Source: Selaginella moellendorffii
Lineage: Eukaryota > Plantae > Lycopodiophyta
Assembly (NCBI RefSeq): GCF_000143415.4
Contig: NW_003314378.1
Coordinates: forward strand, 457,284 to 475,397
Direction: 5' to 3'
Length of the DNA stretch: 18,114 nt
The notes under the pieces were generated by a model that ran no database searches, had not been told where the DNA came from, and saw only the letters and a program-made list of their open reading frames with translations. The position numbers were made by a program, and so were the translations under genes. Positions 11,051-18,114 of the stretch are shown here, piece by piece (the stretch's first letter is position 1; the number at the start of each line of letters is the position of its first letter).

Positions 11051-11383
11051 CCAACTATCCCAAAACCCTTGACCGATTGGAAAAGGGGGTGCATGGGCCC
11101 TTTCCCTCTATATTTGAACCCCATGGATCGTTTCTCGAGTCGTTCCCTTTGGTTGCTTACAATCCACCATGCTTCCCTGCAAGTTCACACCCTCGTGAAC
11201 GGAAGCTGAGAGCCGCAGCTCTCCCGAGAGCCCCGCTCTCTTGACACCCTACCCCTCAGGTCGAGCCCAACAGGAGCAAACTGGACCAGCCAGATGTCAA
11301 TCAACATGTGGTGTGATTCCTCTAGCTAACCAACAAAGTCGGACCCGAGACCCCTCTGATACCAAATGTAAACTCCTGAGTTT

Positions 11384-11439
11384 GGACTTCCCGGGAGGTC
11401 ACCCAGCCTAATACTATTCAAACCTAAAGACGCTTAACT
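11384..11439 (-). promoter_or_regulatory. 5S rRNA-derived Pol III internal promoter, TRIM LTR3
   Basis: Same segment, with two transitions relative to LTR2. Confidence 0.9.
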
Positions 11440-11560
11440 CCAACTATCCCAAAACCCTTGACTGATTGGAAAAGGGGGTGCACTCTTGTACATAGACCCT
11501 TTCCCTCTATATTTGAACCCCATAGATCGTTTCTCGAGTTGTTCCCTTTGGTTGCTTACA

Positions 11561-11759
11561 TGTACCACTGCAATGCCGTCCCTTGGAGACATGTGGGAAA
11601 CTCATGCAAATGTCGAGTATCATCCCAAGAATGATATGTGGCAATCACTGTGAAGTGATTGAACTAATAGTACACATCATCCCCAGGATTCCCACGAAAA
11701 AACTCCAGCTGAATGCAAGGATTGGCACCAAGAGCAAGAGAAGTTATACCACGTGCCAT
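11561..11759 (-). pseudogene. gag of element 2, 5' part
   Basis: MARG...EFFRGNPGDDV..*...CLQGTALQWY. Joins in frame to NGLS... once the TRIM and one TSD copy are removed. Confidence 0.85.
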
Positions 11760-12042
11760 GAATGTTGCTATCAACTGAGTTTGGTTGTTCAATTGTAAGC
11801 ACATAGCATCAAGCAATTGTACCAACTATTACTCTAAAGTCAAAGGAGGAGATTGCTGATTTGCCATGAAGATGAACGAAAAGGAAAGAGGAATGACAAA
11901 AGCTAGAAGGAAATGGAGATCTAGACAATGCAAAATCTAAATATAAACCAAAATCCTAAAGGGAAAAAACAAATGGAAAAACCTATATGTAAACCAAAAT
12001 CCCAAATCCAAACAATCCTTAGGGATAATCAAAAGTGCATAT

Positions 12043-12053
12043 CACCTCCACCA
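12043..12053 (-). promoter_or_regulatory. PBS of element 2, tRNA-Ala-like
   Basis: TGGTGGAGGTG, 1 nt from the 5' LTR; tRNA-Ala 3' ends read ...CTCCACCA. Confidence 0.7.
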
Positions 12054-12054
12054 A

Positions 12055-12229
12055 TGTGAGTGCATGGAATATGAAAAAGAATACAGAAAATGTACATATC
12101 AATTAATCCATAAACCTTAGTTTATATACAAGAGCGAGTGGTCTAGATTGAAATCAATCTAACAACTACCAAAATCCCACTACACTAATATTATTATACA
12201 GCATCATAGCTGTACACTTGGCCCTCACA
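12055..12229 (-). repeat. 5' LTR of element 2 (175 bp)
   Basis: Homologous to 6979-7154 with the same termini. Confidence 0.92.
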
Positions 12230-13045
12230 AAAAATATTTAATATTAAATTTTAACTTAATAACTATATATACAAGAATTATATTTATATATCTAATATTG
12301 AATATATATATATAAATTTTTTTAATAAAATCTTTCTCAATTGAAGATATGCATAATATAAAAAATTAAAAAATAATCTTGAATACTTATATTATTAAAT
12401 GTTTATATTGTTGTGATAACATTTATGATATTGTAAGCATATTTGAGTGGTTTTTCAACAGTAGAATAAGGAGTTATTACCTATCTTTGTAATGTTATAA
12501 CACAATATATGTTTTCAGTGTTTATGAAATTTCACTAAAGAGTAAAAATTGATATATTTTTACTGCTTTTTCTAAATGCCACACCATTAAAACTTCATTG
12601 GAGTACCTAAATAAAATTTTATAAACTTTAAATTTATTATATAAAATAAATAAATTTATGATATAATTGTTATGTTTACAATTATCTAAAGCAAAAATAA
12701 ATTATAAAATTCAAATATATATATAAGTTCCTTTTGAAATGAATATAATAGTTAATCCTTGTTCTAACTTTTTAAATTAATTGTAAACTAAAATAAAATA
12801 TGAGTAAATATATAGAGTTTCTAGTTTAACAACTACAACAAAGTCATTTGTCTTAGAAGACAATTGCAATGACATTGTTGTAAACAACAAAGTCAAACTA
12901 CCTGCCAAATAGGAGGAATCTTTGCATAGGATAAATAAACCTCCTTAAATGGTATAATCTAGAAAGAGTTAAGCCGTAAAATCTCAAATTCACAAATATT
13001 AGAACTAATAACATATACTTGATTAAGGCTTACACCATCTAAAAG

Positions 13046-13285
13046 TATATATTTATTGGCTCACCCTTCAATATGACAATATATTCAATAATTTTGAATG
13101 TCAAGAAATTAAGTAAATTTTGTTCAATTGGTAGACTTGCCTACACCAGTACCCATTGTGGAGTCACCAATGCAAAATTCTATGAGGCTAAAGGTGTTGG
13201 TTCTATTCTCATTGAGTTTAACAAATGGCACTATATGCATGTCCCAGAAATGCAAGAAAATTTGTTATCTATGAAAAGCCTTTTT
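13046..13285 (+). pseudogene. Ancient Ty1/copia-type protease relic
   Basis: IGSPFNMT (cf. DSGAxxHMT) ... AKGVGSI ... HVPEMQENLLSMKSL (cf. VPxLxxNLLSVxxL). Confidence 0.5.
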
Positions 13286-14090
13286 TATACTACTCTTCAA
13301 TTTCCAGAGATCAACACAGTATTACTTTTTATTTTAGACACCATGGAAGTCTGGCTAGTAAATATCTTTGATGCGTCTCAAGAATCGGGGTGATTTTTGG
13401 GTGCTAAAATCGGGAGGAGTATCAAGCTCGGGCAGTCTCTCCGAGAAAAAGCGGGCTTGTTTGATTCCCCCAAACCCACCAGGCACATGGAGAACTTCGT
13501 CCACTTGAGCTGCCTGAGGATGGAATTGCCTGTTCGTGACAGGAATGGATGGTGAATGTGTGGCGTCGATGCTCCAAGCACAGCCCTGAACCTGGAAAGA
13601 TCATACCGAAAGCTTACAAAGTCTACTTCTCTGGAAGTTCATACCGCAACCTTGGTCCCTGAAAACGTATCCCGCCGCCAGGGCGCCAAACACAAGGTCA
13701 GCGTCGAGAAAGCTACACTGCGAGGAGGAGGAGGAGCGCCTGCGATCGATCATGTCTTGTCAATGGAATCAGACGAGACAAGAGAATCAGCTGCCAGGGC
13801 TGGAGCCGCCGCTGCGCCGATAGGCCAGGAAATGGATTATCACAGCCGCCGCAGTCTCCAGCTTGCCCACGTCAATCTGCGCAAGGCTGAGGTGCTCCAG
13901 CGTCGCGATGCCAGAGCATCCGCATTGATGATCGACGATGATTCAGTATTTGGTATTTACAAATATCGGGAAGAGAATCGAACCCGAAACGTTTGTTTTG
14001 GGAGACCGATGTCCTAAATGACTGGTCTAAGCTGTTTTTGTGAGCCGGCGAACCAGAATAATGGCTCCTTATTTAGCAAATTTATTGCAT

Positions 14091-14178
14091 AAAAGTCCTT
14101 GTTGAGTGGACCCTTCGGCATCGAACCCGGGTCTTCTACAACGGTTTACCTCTACACTTACCTGATAGCCATCATCTC
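14091..14178 (-). other. tRNA-like Pol III unit or SINE-head relic
   Basis: A-box-like TGGCTATCAGG (14171-14161) and B-box GGTTCGATGCC (14127-14117) are 33 nt apart; TTTT at 14094-14091. No good acceptor stem. Confidence 0.45.
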
Positions 14179-14353
14179 GGCAACCGGGTTCCCGTATTAA
14201 AAAAATCATACCATGTACTTGAACCATATGACAGGGGTCTTTGCGAAATCCATGGCGTTTTTGTTAGATCGCCCACCAGACAAGATTATCCCCCGCATTC
14301 GTGCTGCTCGGCGTTTCGTCCTTGGCAAAGCCCCCTCTTGGGTTGTGAATCGA

Positions 14354-14909
14354 TCATCGTGGTAATGGATCGTCAAGAGTTATGGCCTGGGTTGCAATAG
14401 AAACTCGCTGAGCAATCTCCACAGCCGCAGGAGCTTTGCGATCTTCTGCTGGTGTGAATCTCATCAGTCCCAAAACTCCACGTTTCGGCAATCCAACGAA
14501 ACCTGTAGCGTGTGGCCATTCAAACGAACATACCTCGGTATCATCCTCGGCTGCCTCGATGCCTGGAGAGTAACAGTCCCGGGAAGAACCATCATTTGCC
14601 CGAAACGAAATCACGATGGATCCCCTTGCATTCCCGCTGCCAGCCAAGTACCAGCTTGTGTAGAACTGAGCCCGAGCCGGAGACCAATCCACCGGGGCTG
14701 TCCAAGTGATGCCGAGATCAAGCTCGCTGTGTGTGCCAGCAAAAGAGAGCCTGAGGAGGACGCGAGCACCCGACTTGGAGCAGGGCTGAGACTGAAAACA
14801 CGACTGTCCGCGAAGTTGATGCCTGTTTCTTCGCTGAGATCTCCAGCCAAGTGCTTCGCCAAGCTCTCCTCCAGCTCCAGATAGACACTACTTGTAGTTG
14901 CAAGCGGGC
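14354..14909 (-). pseudogene. Unknown gene, copy B (inverted paralogue of copy A), frameshifted near 14740; frame is open upstream to about 15207
   Basis: Two overlapping ORFs (14611-15207, 14354-14692). Copy A shows they are one frame broken by a 13-bp deletion. Confidence 0.6.
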
Positions 14910-16277
14910 TTGGCGGCGAGCTGCGCGATCGGATCGGCCACGCCCCAGCGCTCGTTGTTCCATCGCCCTTGCCATTTCTTTGATTCGAAACTTCCGGACC
15001 TGTTCCAAGCGATTCTTTCATCATCGTTTCGGGATTTGAGGACTTACGAGCTGGAAGATCGACAAAAGAAAGGGCAAAAGGAGGATAGGGTTCGATTTTA
15101 CCTCTCAAAAGCCTCGACCACTGAGAAACGTACTTGGAGTAAGAGTTCGCACCCTTGGAGGCATGGAGGGATGAGATCACTCTTCTGAAGGCCATGGGTG
15201 TTTGCACTGTGCTGGGAGATTCTCTCCAAGGGCAAGTAAATCTGTGCTTGAATTCTTTCTAGTAGTTGAGTTTAGATGCATTTGATTGAGCGGGATGAAA
15301 CACGATGATCACTGTCTATGTGTCGCATGAGTGTGGTAAGCAAGCAATCCACCTCTATGCATACTTGTGTCTGGAAGGGTTCTTATTAGTTGAGCAATAG
15401 ACTTGAAGTGCAATTATGTTTTAGTGCAGTTTTGAGCCTTGGACGATTGTCATTTAGCACATATACTTGGCATGGAAAGTTGCAATATACATTTCTGATA
15501 GAGCAAAATGCAGGCTTAAGATAAAAAAAGATCACCTTCTCATGGCTTTAGATGCTTGTTTTTCTCTTGAAGTTCTTTGAACTGATAATCACATTTATAA
15601 GTTGTAGTCGGTTATGGGTTGGATTTTTCTCTTTAAGTGGAAAATTTATGGAAAATGCAGGGATGCATACAATGTGTTTGACAGCATGTGCTATAAAATA
15701 AAGGTGATCATTTGAATTGTCATGGTTACTGAACATGCTCAATATGAACATTATTTACAGCAAGGTGAAGGAAAATAAAGGAATGAATTGCATAGTTTAT
15801 GCAAAAGTTTCATAATGAATTGATTCAAGTCTTTTAACCACAAAAGAGATCAGAACCTCTTGGTAAAATTGATAGTAGCCTGAAAAGTTATTACTAAATA
15901 ATAAGAAAATTTATTATAACTAGGAATGCCCTTAGTGAAGTTGAGAATTTTGCTTACCATTCTCTTATATTTAAAACCAAAGAGCCCAAGTCTTGAATTT
16001 TCTTACAATGCCCTAACACTAAATGCAATGTGATTTTAGCCCTCTTAACACACACATTTTTTCTGTTTTTGCAAAGTGATTCTATTTCTTTTTCTATATG
16101 GGGTAATTTATCTTTTAACTATTGGGCAGTAATATTGCACACTTTTGTGGCTTTGACATTTTAATATGTTAGGATGTATTATAAAGATTTATTAAATTTA
16201 GCATCAAATAGAATAAATAACAATTCTCATTGTACCACCCTCTAGAGACTAGGTAGTTGAAAGTAATCAAAGATAAC

Positions 16278-16363
16278 AGAATTACATTATATATTGAGAA
16301 TTACATGACAGAGAATTACATCATATGTTGAGAATTACATGATAGAGAATTACACCACATGTT
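16278..16363. repeat. Minisatellite with AGAATTACA core x5 and alternating 19/15-bp periods
   Basis: Cores start at 16278, 16297, 16312, 16331 and 16346. Confidence 0.85.
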
Positions 16364-16718
16364 AAAATTGACATTTAGTAAATTTAATTTGCTTTCAATT
16401 AAGTTTAACATAAATGGTAGGGTGTCAAAAGAGCAAAGCTCTTGGGAAAGTTATGGCTCTGAACTTCCATTTACGAGCATGAACTTGTAAGGAAGTATAG
16501 TAAATTATAAGTAATTAAAAAGAACAAATTGAGAGACAATCTATAATTCAAATATAGAGGGAAATAACAAAAGTACACCTTTTTTTCCAATTAGTTTGGG
16601 ATACTTAGGGGGTTAAAACGTCTTAGGTTTGAGTATTGGGATATTTGGGGGTTAAGTCTCCTTACGTTTGAGTAATACTGGGCTGGGTGGCCTCTCAAAA
16701 AATCTAAATTCAAGAAAT
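16278..16718 (+). mobile_element. Old 5'-truncated relic of the same Cassandra-type TRIM (internal part plus LTR at about 16506-16718)
   Basis: GGTAGGGTGTCAAAAGAGC, TTCAAATATAGAGGGAAA and GGCTGGGTGGCCTC are colinear with the reverse complement of the young TRIM. Confidence 0.8.
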
Positions 16719-17143
16719 GGTATATTTCTCACTCATTTATATAGCATGATTTTAAATTTAGTTCTCTTAAATATATTGAGCATAACAATTTTAGATCTGA
16801 TTCTCTTAAATACATTGACCATGACACAATTGAGAAATGAGACTATGGTTATTTCCTCCTACTACATTAGCACAAAATTATTTTTCTTTTTATAAAGCTT
16901 TGTGATTTTTTTTCAATTTATCAATACTCTAGATTTTAGATGTGATTCTGAGGAAAAGGAGAAAGCCATCCTTTGAGGGAGGACAAAAAGTTGGCACTTC
17001 TTTATATTAAATATCTATAAATCCGTTTAGTAAATTCTTATGAAATATGATTGTCTAACAACCTTTTTATTTATAATTTCTAATATATGAGAGACATTGT
17101 AATTTGAATTTCTATAATAAATCCACTAAAAACTATTAGTGTA

Positions 17144-17670
17144 TATAAATTCCTGAGTTTAGAGTTTCTAAGAGGTCACCCAACTCAGTATTATTTAAAC
17201 CCCATGGATATTTCACTTTAAATATCCTAAGATATNNNNNNNNNNNNNNNNNNNNNNNNNNNNNNNNNNNNNNNNNNNNNNNNNNNNNNNNNNNNNNNNN
17301 NNNNNNNNNNNNNNNNNNNNNNNNNNNNNNNNNNNGTTATACCCGATGGATCATCTTTGAAGTTGTTTTCTTTGGTTAGTTATAATTCAGTACACTTCTT
17401 GGCAAATCACGCCCTTGTAAATGGAAGTTGAGAGCCATAGCTCTCTTGAGAGCCTAGCTCTTTTGACACCTTGCCTTTCGAGTTGAGCCCAACCAGAGGC
17501 AAACTAAACCTTCCAATGTCAATCACAATATATGGCATGACTTTTTAACTAATCAATAATGTCAAATCCAAGAACTTTTGAATACCATGAACTCCTAAAT
17601 TCGAACTTCCTAAGAGGTTATTTAACCTAATACTATTTAAACCCATAGATGCTTAATCACAAATATTCAA
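17144..17670 (-). mobile_element. Old relic of the same TRIM (LTR spanning the gap, full internal, partial second LTR)
   Basis: TCCTGAGTTT..GAGGTCACCC before the gap; LTR end near 17384; internal GAGAGCCATAGCTCTCTTGAGAGC; PBS remnant CTTTTGAATACCA at 17575-17587; second LTR from about 17588. Confidence 0.8.
17236..17335. other. Assembly gap (100 N)
   Basis: Run of N. Confidence 1.
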
Positions 17671-17685
17671 ATCACAAATATCACC

Positions 17686-18108
17686 TTGTGCGCAATTGAG
17701 TATCAAGTGATCGTCAGCCCTCTCCGACTTTTGATCACACAGGAGATCATCAACTCTCCCTTAGCAAATATCAACATTGATTGGGACACTCTGACAATCA
17801 TTGTTTGTCCCATTCCATCACAACGTCCCCCTATACTGAGACCACAATATCTCTATTCTCGACTGAAACGTATAAACGTCATCAGGAGGATAGGACTGAT
17901 CTGTACACCAGATATTGATCTCAGCTGGTTAGCAGCTCCAAATTTGTCATTCGAACAGCTTGAGAAAGCTCTTTACGATGTGATTATGGTGGTAGATCCT
18001 CAGAAACTTGTACTGATCTACACCAATCAACAATACAAATACACTGTCTTTGATTCAGGAACCCCAGTCCAAAGCATGCAGTCGAATGAGTTCAATAACA
18101 TTCGCTAA
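17686..18108 (+). CDS. Orphan open frame with no ATG start; possible 3' fragment of an unknown gene
   Basis: Stop-free from 17641 to 18105; protein-like hydrophobic patterning; composition differs from the AT-rich flank. No family recognised. Confidence 0.35.
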   Translation: MCAIEYQVIVSPLRLLITQEIINSPLANINIDWDTLTIIVCPIPSQRPPILRPQYLYSRLKRINVIRRIGLICTPDIDLSWLAAPNLSFEQLEKALYDVIMVVDPQKLVLIYTNQQYKYTVFDSGTPVQSMQSNEFNNIR

Positions 18109-18114
18109 AGGTGA

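Larger units (their letters stand above)
10589..11560 (-). mobile_element. Cassandra-type TRIM in tandem form LTR-internal-LTR-internal-LTR
   Basis: LTRs 10589-10772, 10978-11161 and 11367-11560 (TGTAA...TTACA); 389-bp period; 205-bp non-coding internals; PBS TGGTATCAGAG at 10965-10975 and 11354-11364; TSD TGTAC at 10584-10588 and 11561-11565; a 5S rRNA-derived segment in each LTR. Confidence 0.93.
6979..12229 (-). mobile_element. Older, decayed Ty3/gypsy LTR retrotransposon (element 2; no chromodomain, tRNA-Ala-like PBS) with a nested TRIM
   Basis: LTRs 6979-7154 and 12055-12229 (TGTGAG...CTCACA, about 87% identical by eye). PPT 7155-7169, PBS 12043-12053, fragmented gag, PR, RT, RH and IN. 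TSD is not clean (TAAAT vs AAAAA(T)). Confidence 0.92.

Noticed and set aside
10589-11560. 5S rDNA array
   Set aside because: Only 56 nt of 5S are present, embedded in TG...CA LTRs with a PBS and TSD; the 5' half of 5S is absent.
6974-12235. Perfect TSD for element 2
   Set aside because: Flanks read TAAAT and AAAAA(T); at best a decayed TSD.
12230-12830. Extremely AT-rich tract as a MITE or regulatory element
   Set aside because: No terminal inverted repeats or TSD found by eye.
13556-14017. 153-aa plus-strand ORF as a confident CDS
   Set aside because: No recognisable family; GC-rich DNA gives long ORFs by chance and the opposite strand is equally plausible.
14091-14178. Functional tRNA gene
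   Set aside because: Acceptor and anticodon stems do not pair convincingly.
16278-16363. CRISPR-like repeat/spacer pattern
   Set aside because: The core is only 9 bp, the spacers are related to each other, the context is eukaryotic and no cas genes are present.

Overview
Eukaryotic, almost certainly land-plant, repeat-rich DNA made of nested LTR retroelements around two decayed copies of an unrecognised gene. (1) An intact, very young Ty3/gypsy element (1424-6413, minus strand) has identical 233-bp LTRs, an ACAAT target-site duplication (TSD), a single 1454-aa gag-pol ORF, no chromodomain and a duplicated U5+PBS unit. It splits a pseudogene whose inverted paralogue lies at about 14396-14909. 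(2) An older decayed Ty3/gypsy (6979-12229, minus) has 175/176-bp LTRs and a tRNA-Ala-like PBS. (3) A Cassandra-type TRIM with 5S rRNA-derived Pol III boxes in its LTRs sits in the gag of element 2 as an LTR-int-LTR-int-LTR tandem (10589-11560, TGTAC TSD). Its middle LTR is a chimera of the outer two, switching inside the 5S C-box region. (4) Two older relics of the same TRIM family lie tail-to-tail at about 16278-16718 and 17144-17670. Also present: a copia protease relic, a tRNA-like A/B-box unit, a GC-rich island of unresolved gene fragments, a 100-N gap and an orphan ORF at the right edge. No intact host gene was recognised. Coordinates and mismatch counts were read by eye.
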